The notes under the pieces were generated by a model that was not told where the DNA came from, did no database searches, and saw only the letters and a list, made by a program, of their open reading frames with translations. A stretch of 59,568 nt of DNA, the filler included, from Basidiobolus meristosporus CBS 931.73 (taxonomy: Eukaryota > Fungi > Basidiobolomycota): assembly GCA_002104905.1 (NCBI GenBank). It is 3 parts of 3 records of this genome, joined end to end, with 100 filler letters (N's around TTAATTAATTAA, not from the genome) between each part and the next. Parts side by side here need not be neighbours in the genome. Positions count along the whole stretch, not along the records: positions 17,177 to 47,184 come from MCFE01000856.1; positions 47,285 to 59,568 come from MCFE01001246.1; 1 more part is not named here. The stretch is one strand, 5' to 3'. Both the position numbers and the translations under genes were made by a program. Positions 45,927 through 56,545 of the stretch are shown piece by piece; position 1 is the first letter of the stretch; the number at the start of each line of letters is the position of its first letter.

Positions 45927-46955
45927 TTAGGGTTAGGGGAGGGAAAGTCACCAAAGTAGGTGAAATCTTTATTTGATTTCAGACAAGTCTAACTACAAAT
46001 AAAGAAGCCAGCTGGGAATAGAAGATTCCCAAAGTAAAAACTAAGTTGAATATGAATAAATCTAAGCTAAAGTTAAGGCAGTATCCCAGAGTACACTGGA
46101 GTTCAGGTTCATGGGGGAGTGAAGTAGATAAGCTTGAGAGATATAATAATCTTTCAGGAAGTGGGTAACAGCAGGTGAAGGGGAGTTTTTGATAAGTGAA
46201 GTGAATCTTGAGAGCAGAGATTCCTCTAATGAGAAGGTCTTGTAAACTGGAGAATCAGGAAACTCTTTAAAGGCATGGTCAGTAGGTTCCCAGTAAAACT
46301 GGTCAGAGACATTTTCAGAGAATTGTGTTGCAATACTTTTGTCAAGTACTACCTCCAGAGTGTGATGGTTGATAAATCTCATGTTAACAATTTTGGATAA
46401 ATTGTAACCTTGTTGCTTGAGATACATCCTATGCTCAGATATGGGAATAAACTCCACATTGGCAAAGTAGCAGACAGTCCAGTCTGTAGCAGGAGGTAAA
46501 TCAGAAGTGGCAGGAAACTTTCTTTTAGTCTTGGGAGGAGCAGCAGCATGTCTTGAGGAAGCAGGAACAGGCTTTTTGACAGCTTCAGAGTAGGAAGAGT
46601 GAGCAGGAGCAGGTGATTCTTGGGGAGTCTTGTTGACAGGAAGAGTTGGCACAGGGACAATAGATTCTTGCAGATCAGAAAAGGCAGAGAACAGCTTTTG
46701 AACTTGTTTCTTGAGTAAAGCATTTTCAGCTTCAACAAGTGCAAGCCTTTCCTCAAGGAAGGAAATCTGAAGGGAATGGAGTGAAGGCATAAGATATAAG
46801 AAGAAGAGGGTTGGATGGGGTGGGTGGGTGGGAAAATTAGCAGGGAGAAGAGAAGGAAGGAGCAAAAATTCCAGAAGTCAGAATTTATAGATGGATGGAC
46901 AAGGGTAGATGGATGGATTATTCCTGGGTTAGGAAAATTAGCAGGGAGAAGAGAA
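45927..46955 (-). mobile_element. Telomeric unit A carrying only an ORF1/gag-like gene
   Basis: ORF1-like CDS followed directly by the shared 3' motif (45927-46010) ending in CCCTAACCCTAA; abuts the telomere. Confidence 0.75.
46062..46790 (-). CDS. Non-LTR ORF1-like protein (coiled coil + SYSEAVKK + RRM-like region)
   Basis: ATG at 46790; LEERLALVEAENALLKKQVQKL heptads; SYxxA motif common in LINE ORF1; no CCHC knuckle. Confidence 0.65.
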   Translation of the reverse strand: MPSLHSLQISFLEERLALVEAENALLKKQVQKLFSAFSDLQESIVPVPTLPVNKTPQESPAPAHSSYSEAVKKPVPASSRHAAAPPKTKRKFPATSDLPPATDWTVCYFANVEFIPISEHRMYLKQQGYNLSKIVNMRFINHHTLEVVLDKSIATQFSENVSDQFYWEPTDHAFKEFPDSPVYKTFSLEESLLSRFTSLIKNSPSPAVTHFLKDYYISQAYLLHSPMNLNSSVLWDTALTLA

Positions 46956-47184
46956 GGGTTAGGGTTAGGGTTAGGGTTAGGGTTAGGGTTAGGGTTAGGG
47001 TTAGGGTTAGGGTTAGGGTTAGGGTTAGGGTTAGGGTTAGGGTTAGGGTTAGGGTTAGGGTTAGGGTTAGGGTTAGGGTTAGGGTTAGGGTTAGGGTTAG
47101 GGTTAGGGTTAGGGTTAGGGTTAGGGTTAGGGTTAGGGTTAGGGTTAGGGTTAGGGTTAGGGTTAGGGTTAGGTTAGGGTTAGG
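46956..47184 (+). repeat. Telomere (TTAGGG)n, ~38 units
   Basis: Uninterrupted GGGTTA array at the contig end (one TTAGG variant), G-rich strand pointing outward. Confidence 0.98.
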
Positions 47185-47284
47185 NNNNNNNNNNNNNNNN
47201 NNNNNNNNNNNNNNNNNNNNNNNNNNNNTTAATTAATTAANNNNNNNNNNNNNNNNNNNNNNNNNNNNNNNNNNNNNNNNNNNN
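47185..47284. other. Artificial contig-joining linker
   Basis: 44 N + TTAATTAATTAA + 44 N. Confidence 0.97.
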
Positions 47285-47679
47285 CTAAACCAAAAGGTTC
47301 AGTAAGCTTTATTTATACTCTTCTGACTGAGTTGCATTAGTAGGTGCCAAGAGACTGGACTAATGGAAATCTGTTGGGGTGCTGATAGGTGCATAAAATA
47401 AATGAAAAATTGCATCATTCATCAGCTGATGTCTTGGCAACTGCTAAGTGGTTGGATAAATCTCAGATGACCAATCACTTGGAAAGGCTTAGCAGATCAG
47501 TTGAGGATGTAATGACCACATGAAAATTGATCAGGTGTGACAGCTAAATATAGATTCTGAGAAGTGATAAAATAAACCATAACAGGGATTAGTTATGTTT
47601 GGGTTAGGGAAAATCAGTTAGGGTACTAGATTTTCTAACCAAGTGAAATTGGCCAAGTTTTAAATGTTGATGCACAACA

Positions 47680-47972
47680 AGAGGAATCTCTGCTCTCAAG
47701 ATTCACTTCACTTATCTAAACTCCCCTTCACCTGCTGTTACCCACTTCTTGATAGATTATTATATCTCTCAAGCTTATCTACTTCACTCCCTCTATCAAC
47801 CTGAACTCCAGTGTACTCTGGGATACTGCCTTAACTTTAGCTTAGATTTATTCATATTCAACTTAGTGTTTACTTTGGGAATCTTCTATTCCCAGCTGGC
47901 TTCTTTATTTGTAGCTAGACTTGTCTGAAATCAAATAAAGATTTCACCTACCTTGGTGACTTTCCCTCCCCT
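47680..47972 (+). mobile_element. Dispersed fragment of telomeric unit A (ORF1 3' end + 3' motif)
   Basis: Near-identical reverse complement of ~45936-46226; homology stops at ...GACTTTCCCTCCCCT. Confidence 0.88.
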
Positions 47973-48049
47973 GAGACAAATTTGAATATCTTAAGTCCAA
48001 ATTAGGCCTAATCAGCATAAACATTTAGTTGTGTGGGAGTGTTATAAGA

Positions 48050-48385
48050 ATTTGTAATTCCACTTAAATATTCACCCAGCTTAGTCACTTAGATCATTAC
48101 CTACAAATCTTAGAGAATAGTGACCTAATTTCTTGTTGGAATTTACCTAGAATATCCTCACCAAAATATCAGGTACCCAGAACATAAAATTCTTAAAGTT
48201 GTCTAAACAGCCTCAGACTTTGCACACATACTCTTGGGAATTTTTTGAGCCTATTTATGTGTTTGCTATGCCAAGACCATATATAAGTATAAGTACTACT
48301 TTACATTCAATAAATCATGAAGTGGATACTACATAATCTACTTGTTTTCCCAATCACTTCCAATATCTCCAAGACTCTTACAGCA
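48050..48385 (+). repeat. Solo LTR of the degenerate copia family
   Basis: Reverse-complement homolog of 7261-7600. Confidence 0.7.
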
Positions 48386-49099
48386 ATACAAAGTCAGAGA
48401 AGTTTTGCCTAAGAGTGGTACAAATAGGAGTGTCAAATAATGAGCAAATCTCAGGCAAAATCCAATTATTACAATGTTTTTGACTGGCCACAAGTACCTT
48501 GTTAGTATACAGCTCTTTAGCCTCATTTCCTAGGTATCTTTCAGTCAAGGTAGCTTAGACAGCTCATTATTGGAGTGGACAGTGCTCATCAAATAAGCAC
48601 TCATTAGTGACAATAGTTTAAATGCAAAATGTTGTAAATTTGGTAATTATACTTGGATGTTCACCCAACTTAGTCACTTGGATCATAGTTAACAAGTACT
48701 GGACAGACCGACCCAAGCTTCTTATTTGAGTTTATTTAGAATTTTTTCAACAAAACTTTAGGTTAACAGAATCAAATATATGCCAAAGTTACCCAAACTG
48801 CCTGAAACTTGGTACATGGACTGTTTTTACCTTTTCAATTTGTTTTACATGTTTTCTTTGTCAATGATGTGTAAAAGTATCAATATTACTTTTGCATTCA
48901 AGCAATCCTCAGGTGAAAGACCATGTATTGACTTGTCTTGCAATCACTTCCAATATCTCCAAGACTCTAGCATCATCAAAGAAGCTGAATAGGATTCTGC
49001 TACAGATTTCTTGTATGAAATCTTGGGATTTCAATAAAACCTCTGTAAGGCTCACCTCTGTGTATATTTTCTAAGTTCTTGTTGGGCTGTATACCTTGA

Positions 49100-49428
49100 G
49101 ATTACACCTAAATATTCACTTGACTTGGTCACTTAAATTTTAGCGTAAAAGTCTTAGAGTACTCAACTGAAATTCCTTGTCAAGGCTCAATAATATTTCA
49201 CCAAAATATTAGGTATGCACAATATTAAGAATAGACAGGCTGTTCAAAGTGCCCCAAGCTTTAAATAAATGTTCTTGAGACCTTTTTAAGCATTTTATAT
49301 GTACATACTTTTCCAAGACCATGTAAAATTATAAATACTACTTTCACATTCTATGAATCATCAAGCAAGAGCCACATAGTCTACTTGTTCTCCCAATCAC
49401 TTGCAATATCTTTGAGACTCTTGCAACA
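49100..49428 (+). repeat. Solo LTR of the degenerate copia family
   Basis: Diverged homolog of 48050-48385 ending ...GACTCTTGCAACA. Confidence 0.62.
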
Positions 49429-49873
49429 AGTTAGTGGTGTATGGTGGTAAGTTAAGGGCAAAACAATGAAATCAACTTAATGGATTCACCAAGTAATGAA
49501 TAGAGTTATATACACATATGATAAGGCCCCATATAATATTTCTGATTTGGATTGAAATCTCTTATTTGTTGAATCGAGGCAAAAGACACGCTGCATCAAC
49601 ATTTTCCTCGTGCACTTCATTGAATCAGAAGTAATGTCATAGGGACTCCAATGTAGCACTAATGATCAATAGTTAATGGAATTCACCACATGCCCTGAAT
49701 CAAAAAACCTCCTTCATTGCGCCAATCCCCATCGGATGGTCAACCACCCAAGATCAACATCTTAGGGCAAATGTGCTATTTATTGGGAGCGACCACTACC
49801 AAGGGCCAAGCTTACCACATGTTGTGATACAATAGGAGGAGCTTTAGGACTCGTTTCCTCTTACATAAGAGAC

Positions 49874-50806
49874 TTATTCATACTGGCGGCCGGATCGAGA
49901 ACGAGGATAGTTCTGTTGTCCATTTCTACGGGAAACACCTCTCTCGTACTCATCGTTGTCCAGCTCATCCTGCTCATATTGGTGCCCATAGCGAGAACGA
50001 GGAGAGTTCTGTTGTCCGTTTCTTCCTAAGAATCCTCTCTCGTACTCAGTGTCAGACTCATCTTGCTCATATTGGCGTCCTAAGTGAGAACGAGGGTAGT
50101 TCTGTTGTCCATTTCTACGAGAAATGCCTCCCTCATACTCGTTGTCAAGTTCATCTTGGCGAGAACGGGGGTATTTCTGATGTCTGTTTCTGCCTACGAG
50201 TCCTCTCTCATATTCATCTCGGGAATGGGGATAGTTTTGCTGGCCACTTCTTCCTCTTTGATACTCGTTGTCATAATCATCCTGGTCATACTGACGTCCA
50301 TAGCGAGAGCGAGGATAGTTTTGTGGACCATTTCTGCGGGAATCGTACTCATCATCCTCCTCATACTGGCGGCCAAAGCGAGAACGGGGGTAGTTTTGCT
50401 GGTCGTTTCTTCCTCTTTGGTACTCGTTGTCATACTCATCTTGCTCATACTGACGACTAAAGCGAGAGCGAGGATAGTGTTGCTGGCCATTTCTGCGGGA
50501 AAGACCCCTCTCATACTCATTGTCGAGCTCGTTTTGCTCATACTGACGACCAAAACGCGGGCGAGGATAGTTTTGAAGACCATTTCTACGAGTAACGTCT
50601 CTTTGGTACTCATCATCATACTCACCTCGCTCGTATTTGCGGCCAAAGTGGGAACGGGGGTAGTTTTGCTTACTATCGTTGCCATACTCATCTTGCTCAT
50701 ACTGACGTCCATAGCGAGAGTGAGGGTATTTCTGTTGGTTATTTTTACCGGTCAAGCCATTTTGGTATTCACCGTCAAATTCAAGATGTTGTCTGTTGGA
50801 AGCCAT
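49874..50806 (-). CDS. Low-complexity R/Y/Q/E/D/N-rich repeat protein (310 aa)
   Basis: ATG-to-TAA ORF with ~11 NYPRSR(F/Y)GRQYEQDE repeats; TATAAAAAG ~60 bp upstream. Confidence 0.75.
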   Translation of the reverse strand: MASNRQHLEFDGEYQNGLTGKNNQQKYPHSRYGRQYEQDEYGNDSKQNYPRSHFGRKYERGEYDDEYQRDVTRRNGLQNYPRPRFGRQYEQNELDNEYERGLSRRNGQQHYPRSRFSRQYEQDEYDNEYQRGRNDQQNYPRSRFGRQYEEDDEYDSRRNGPQNYPRSRYGRQYDQDDYDNEYQRGRSGQQNYPHSRDEYERGLVGRNRHQKYPRSRQDELDNEYEGGISRRNGQQNYPRSHLGRQYEQDESDTEYERGFLGRNGQQNSPRSRYGHQYEQDELDNDEYERGVSRRNGQQNYPRSRSGRQYE

Positions 50807-51571
50807 GTTGGAAATGTGTTGCGAAAATAGTCAGTTGATGACAAGTAGAGTCACCAAGATGGACTTTTTATACCGAGAATGAGGCTTAGAGGTAGGTAGT
50901 TGAGCCGAATATCTAAGCCACTTTGACCAGTGGCATTTTCAAGCCAAATTTCCAACAAACCGTAAATTCTATCACGTAATTATCAACTGAGTGGTGCACA
51001 TCATGATTAGAAGGAAATTTATGGCATGAACTCTGAATGATCGCCTTATTAGTGACTAGCACACCCATCCAATTGATATATACTGATACAAATCATCGGT
51101 TAAGTACCATTGCTTGGTTTTTTTGTACTTTGCAAATACCGTGTGCGATACATATCTATCAATGGCTTTTTCTAAACCCAAAATTCACCAATGCAAGGAA
51201 TCCATCAATTCATGTCAACCCCCCCCCATCAGCCGGAACTAAGATTTCTTGGCTCAAAGCACAACTCGCCTTCGGCCTTGACTATTGCTGGCCCTTCGTG
51301 GTTGTTAGAGACTTGATGTTGATTATGACAACGCTTACATCCAAAGTATATTGATGATGTAATATTGTCGGGATGAGATTATTGTCTATCCCGTCCTCAC
51401 TACCGTCCTCACTACACCTATTTGGATAGCGAAATATAAGATTATTGGAGGAATTTGCAAGCATAAACAAATGGTTGATTACATCTGACTAAAAAGGCAG
51501 CATGTGCGAGCATTAATCAGGATAAGATTTAGTATAAATTCTGGGTTCGAGTGCAAGGTTCGTCAATCAAA

Positions 51572-52150
51572 ATGAACTTGGCTATTCTTGTGTTTATATC
51601 CACACTGCTCGCATTTGCGAATGCTCAGTTTTTCGATGAGGATTTACGACGTGAAGGCTACGACATCCCGGTTTCTCCCAGTCAGCCGCTCTACCGCGAT
51701 AGCTTGAGGTTTGCCAGAAGGAAGGTGTGCAAGTACAACCCAGGTGCCAAGCCTACTACGCACACCACGAAGACTTCCCAAACAACTACCAGGACGACAA
51801 AGACAACCTCCAGGACCACGAAGACAACCACCAGAACCACGAAGACAACTACAAGGACCACAGAAACAACTGCAAGAACCACAAAGACCACTACCAGGAC
51901 TACTCACAAGCCTAGCCAAACAACAGAAACCCCAACCGAAACACCATCGTGTCCAGTGCCAGGTGGGCCATGTCATGTCAACGAGCTTCGCTGCAGTGGC
52001 TATGCCTATGCTCAGTGTAACCTTGGTCGTTGGACCTTGAGAGACTGCTCCAAAGATGGATCGATGATCTGTGTCGAGGCTGGAGCAAGTTTATTCTGCG
52101 GCCCTTCCCGCAATTATGTTCTTAGAGGTTGTTCAGGAGTTCCCAAATAG
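51572..52150 (+). CDS. Secreted Thr-rich protein with a C-terminal Cys-rich (CBM19-like chitin-binding) module
   Basis: Signal peptide MNLAILVFISTLLAFANA, TTRTTKT repeats, CPVPGGPC..LRCSG..YAQC..GRW..RDC. Confidence 0.75.
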   Translation: MNLAILVFISTLLAFANAQFFDEDLRREGYDIPVSPSQPLYRDSLRFARRKVCKYNPGAKPTTHTTKTSQTTTRTTKTTSRTTKTTTRTTKTTTRTTETTARTTKTTTRTTHKPSQTTETPTETPSCPVPGGPCHVNELRCSGYAYAQCNLGRWTLRDCSKDGSMICVEAGASLFCGPSRNYVLRGCSGVPK

Positions 52151-52310
52151 CTTATTATATTTTAGAGTAAATATGTACATAATCATCGATTACATATTGT
52201 GGAGCGAGAATTTCCCAGGTTGGGTCTCCGCAGTTAGATGTGGGCCAATCAATATTCACGAAAATATATAAACATGAGGTCCTAGTTGAGCAGCATTTAT
52301 TGTTTAGAAT

Positions 52311-53577
52311 ATGTGTGGAAGAATAGTCCTGTCACAGGTACGCGAATATCAAGTTTCTTTTCCAGGTAACGCATTTAAACGGGCTTTCTTGCCTCTGTTT
52401 TCTAGAACCCCGAGACTATACAGAACAACTTGCATATCCAGCGATGGCAAGGACGAGAGCAGTTCCGGCCCAGGTTTTATTGACCTAGTATTCTTGCGAA
52501 GACTAGCCCGTATTAAATGTCTGGTTCAGTTTCAACGTAGCACCAACCAGTAACTGCCCGATCATTGCAGTAGAGCGTACAACAGAACCGCAACAAAATC
52601 CCGGTGGAGAACCGGTGTTGATCTCAATGGTACAGAGTATCGAGCCTAAGCAATGAAACCACCTTCTCATGAAATTTCCTAGAAATGGGGTTTATCGTCT
52701 CCCTATATGAGCCACCAACCCATTAACATTCGTAGCGACAACAAAGGTTTGAAAATGCAAAAGAGATGCATAGTACTGACCGAAGGGTACGCCGGACTCA
52801 AATTTGTAAACTTGGTGGAAAGGAAGAGTAACCAATCTTGTTGGTCTAAATTCAGGTTCTACGAATGGTACAGAAAGGGCAGCCTACGACAACCGTACTA
52901 CATTTTTAGAGAGGGCTCCCCTTATGTTCTTATGGCAGGAGTTTATGAACAACAAACGGGCGCGAATGGTATTGCCAATACCTTACACCAAGAGTCATTG
53001 CCGGACACGCCATGTCATTAACAGCGAGTTGAATTTCAGGCGATCAACAGTTCACTTTCGCTGTTGTTACTACGGATGCTTCCAAGCCAATGACCGCTTT
53101 ACATCATCGGATGCCAGTAATTTTCTCCTCACTTTCTTCGCCAGAGGCGCAACTATGGTTGAACCCAGAGAACAAATGGAGCCAAGAGTATGAGGATCTT
53201 CTAAAGCCTTTTGAAGAAGACCTTACATGGTAGCCTCATCTATTCTATCAAGTGTGCGCATGTCTTCTCATGGAAAGCATTTTGAAAGGTACAAAGTGTC
53301 TCAAGAGGTCAACAAGGTCTCAAACGACTCCAAGAGATGCATCGAAAAATTAGAGGACAGTAAGATGAACATCAAGAATTTCATGCGCCGAAAGGAGCCC
53401 CTCCCGAGCGATGACCAGGTAAAGAAAGAGCCCGCTCGTGACGAAAAGGTACCAGTACCAGTGCAGCAGGATCAAAAGCCACCGCTCAAAAGTGTCAAGC
53501 GTAGCCTTGTCTCGACTCAACCAGAAACAGAAAAGAAGAAGTCGCAGAAGATCACGCACTTTTTCCAAGCAAAATAG
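52311..53577 (+). CDS. SRAP-domain abasic-site sensor (HMCES/DUF159 family), multi-exon
   Basis: MCGR N-terminus, RCIVLTEGFYEW-like motif (spliced), QPYYI, H..HxRMP-like segment, C-terminal QKITHFF PIP-like motif. Confidence 0.88.
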
Positions 53578-53648
53578 TTTATTTGAATCTAAGGTTTCGG
53601 AGCCAAGGTTTCGAGCATTTGCAGCCAATATCAATAAATCAATGCCAC

Positions 53649-54471
53649 TTAAGCTGTCCAAAGCTTTATGACCGTTTCGGTGAGACCTATGTCATTTGTG
53701 TTGAGCTCGTAGCAACCATACATCGCCCCAGCGGTGGCTAGTCGCAGGCCTATGACGGAAGCACGGTTGGCTCTTGGGAATTTGCGTTTGGGGAAATAGT
53801 CCTGAATCATGGCACCAAAGCCCATATGGCAATGAATGGGAAGTATAAATCCTAGTGCAAAGTCAACCATAGGATGTGAGCCGAACGCGCAAGGATAAGT
53901 GAGTAAAGGAAGCAAAGAGATTGAGACAGCTCTTTCGAAAACCCAATGAAAGGAACCATGCAAGTAGTCGGGTGGGTAAACGGTGATCCCATCTGAAAAG
54001 GAACAAGTTAGGCTTTTGACAACCGAGGGCAGCAAATATCCACGAAAGGTCGTTACCAGCATTCTTATAAGGGACTAGAAGTTGACGAAAAGTTGGGAGC
54101 CAAGTTAGTTTTCGTGTAGTTTTAACAGATGGGTCCTGGCAATTTACCTGGCTTCACGAATTCTACGGGCTCATTCGAAGAGTCGGTATTGGTGGCTTCA
54201 GTAACACTTGCTTGCTTGCTTTCGGTAACCGCCTTGGCTGCATCGGCCACGACTTTGACTTCTTCGGTAGGTTTCTTCTCGTTCCAAAGTGAGCGGGCTG
54301 TTAGGATCAAAAAAGAATGGAATTAAGATATTTGAACGAGGCAACTGGTGAATAGACAATGCAGCGTATATTACCAGTATGGAACGGTGCAAGCTTGTAT
54401 AAACTTGGCTGGGTGCCGGTGACTCTTACAGAGCGCAGGGCTTGGCAACCTAAAAGCCTTCTAACAGACAT
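53649..54471 (-). CDS. SDH4: Succinate dehydrogenase cytochrome b small subunit (CybS), multi-exon
   Basis: Mitochondrial presequence MSVRRLLGCQALRSVRV; HGSFHWVFER, PIHCHMGFGAMIQDYFP, NDIGLTETVIKLW. Confidence 0.9.
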
Positions 54472-54739
54472 GATTTTTGATAATCATGTTAATAACCACC
54501 AAGTATCACTTTTTATTCACTAAATTTTGCGTTTCAGGTAATAATCTGGGGGAGAGATGAAGTCAAGAGGGGATAGGATCGAACTCACGAAATTCCAAAT
54601 CTGGTATTCATCAATCCGTAGGTTGGTAAGAGATTTTGGACATTAAGAGTCTGTACCTGTTTGCCTCACGACACGTACTCTCCTTCTGAACCTTAGCCCC
54701 ACGGATAAGCTTCACGTCAAAACTCCACAATCTTAAGGT

Positions 54740-55040
54740 TTTGGCTAAACCTCGTTCGAAGAAGCATCCCACATGGTTCTCTCGTTGTACGTTGAGCTTG
54801 TGTGTGAATTTCCTACCAGACGCCCCAACAAGTAGGCACAACCGGGAGAGTTTCTTGTCGTTTTGTTTACTCTATTCGGGTTGGTTGGTGCTTCCCCGTC
54901 ACCAAACGTTGCATGCTGTTGTTCTTCTTTGGGATGCTCGCAACCCTTAACGGCTACGTTCGGTATGTTGGTAGAAGCGGCAGTCTGAATAACAACATTG
55001 CTCCCCAACGATAATTGATATATATGCATCAGTCTGGCAA
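54740..55040 (-). pseudogene. Degenerate partial duplicate of the adjacent F-box/RCC1 gene
   Basis: LCLLVGASGRKFTH and EHPKEEQQH match LCLFDGASGRKFTH and NDPTKQEQEQ at 55540-55750. Confidence 0.65.
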
Positions 55041-55149
55041 GGCCCAAAAAGTTAAGCGGTAGAATATTTACGTTTCTGTACAGTTATGGGACATTTTATT
55101 ACCAGAATGTACGGCAGGTGGATAGAAAATTTCAAAAGCTAGTGCAACA

Positions 55150-56545
55150 TCATATACCAAATTGCTGTATCCATTTCCAAAAGGACTTGGCTATAGTTGA
55201 AGTTGAGGGTTCTTTTTGCTTCAGAGGAACTGCCAACGCCGCTGAATGCCAACCAGCGAAAGAGATACTAAATATGTAATAGCCTGCTAGGCTCGGCACC
55301 TGGGTTGGACATTTCACCTCACGATGCATACTCCCTTGTCCTAAAGCTCCACCCGATGCTTGGCCCCACGTATATAGCTTGCCGTCATTCGTCAGAGCTC
55401 CAAAATGCCAATCGCCAAAGGTGACTTGGTTCACTCCACAATCCTGAAGCTCGGGATAAACCTCCTCATTCCCAGAACCATCCCATATGGCCACCTTCCC
55501 ATCCTCATTGAACGCCGCAAACCGACGGAATGCTGAGCTGATATGAGTGAATTTCCTACCAGATGCCCCATCGAATAGGCACAGTCTGGAGAGATTCTCT
55601 TCACTTGTCGATTTATATATTCTGCCCAGGTTGGTCAGTGCAATGGTAAAGGCTTCTCCTCCACCAATCATGACATACTGTTCTTGTTCTTGCTTTGTGG
55701 GATCGTTCGCAACCTCTCCCTCGAAAATCACGCTCGGTGTGGTGGAATGCCAGGAATAGACTCGGCCGTCCTTGGCTAAGGCTAGGGAATGGGACCAGCC
55801 TGCAGCAATCTGGACAATTTTGCTAACACACGGCAGGTTAATGTGCCGTACCTTGTTCAATGTTCTCCATTGATAAACTTGGCCTATTCAAATGGATGTT
55901 AGAGTAGGGGAACTTGTTTACTGAGTTCATAACACCTCTACCATTGTCAGTCAGAGCCAAACTGTGCGCTCTTCCAGAGGCGATGGCTTTTACTTTTTTT
56001 CCCCGTAGTCCCTCAACCTGCACTGGCTCCTCATGAATAAACCCTGGTCCAGTTTGCAGTGCTCTGTAGAAATCCGCCGGGGTAGTGATGGAATCGACGT
56101 CGAAATCGTCGGCATTTGTGTGCAAAGTGGCTTCAGGATTCATCGTGCCCCAAGTCCAAACCTCCCCTTGTTTGGTCAAAGCGGTCATTGACCAACCGCC
56201 GCACGCTATTTGAACAACTCCTTTACCATTCATAGATTCTACCATCCTGGGTCCTGTGTTGTAGAGGTCAACCTCACGGCCCAGACGACCCTGGCCAGGA
56301 TCGCCCCACGTGAAAATAGAAGGGTTGATTAAAGCTTTATACAATGTTTTCCAACCGAGCAGACGAAACGTTTGTGTTGGGGAGATGTTGAAATCAGTGT
56401 AGCAACGCTGCTTCCAGAGCGTCTCATTTTCCACCAGAGTGTGGAGTTCTCTGCACGCCAAACCCAAGTTCGTAAGCTCGGCGATAGAAAGGTAGTCTAC
56501 GATCCCTTCCAGCACCTCCTGCGGTAAAAGGAGTAGAGTGACCAT
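55150..56545 (-). CDS. F-box + RCC1-repeat SCF substrate receptor (Saf1/Pof9-like)
   Basis: LPQEVLEGIVDYLS F-box; RCC1 blades (QIACGG, AIASGRAHSLAL, QIAAGWSHSLAL, ISFAGWHSAAL); one intron near 55850-55900. Confidence 0.9.

Noticed and set aside
44202-46010. Hammerhead ribozyme interpretation of the shared 3' motif (as in Penelope/Terminon elements)
   Set aside because: No CUGAnGA core on either strand and no UH after the stem following GAAA; other ribozyme folds were not tested.
46815-47236. Poly-GL and poly-RV ORFs
   Set aside because: Translations of the TTAGGG array.
47185-47284. Apparent interstitial telomere or chromosome fusion with genes distal to TTAGGG
   Set aside because: The following sequence is a separate contig joined by an artificial linker.
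50084-50830. Hydrophobic 248-aa plus-strand ORF and 172-aa alternate-frame ORF
   Set aside because: Antisense and alternate-frame shadows of the R/Y-rich repeat gene, which has the ATG and TATA support.
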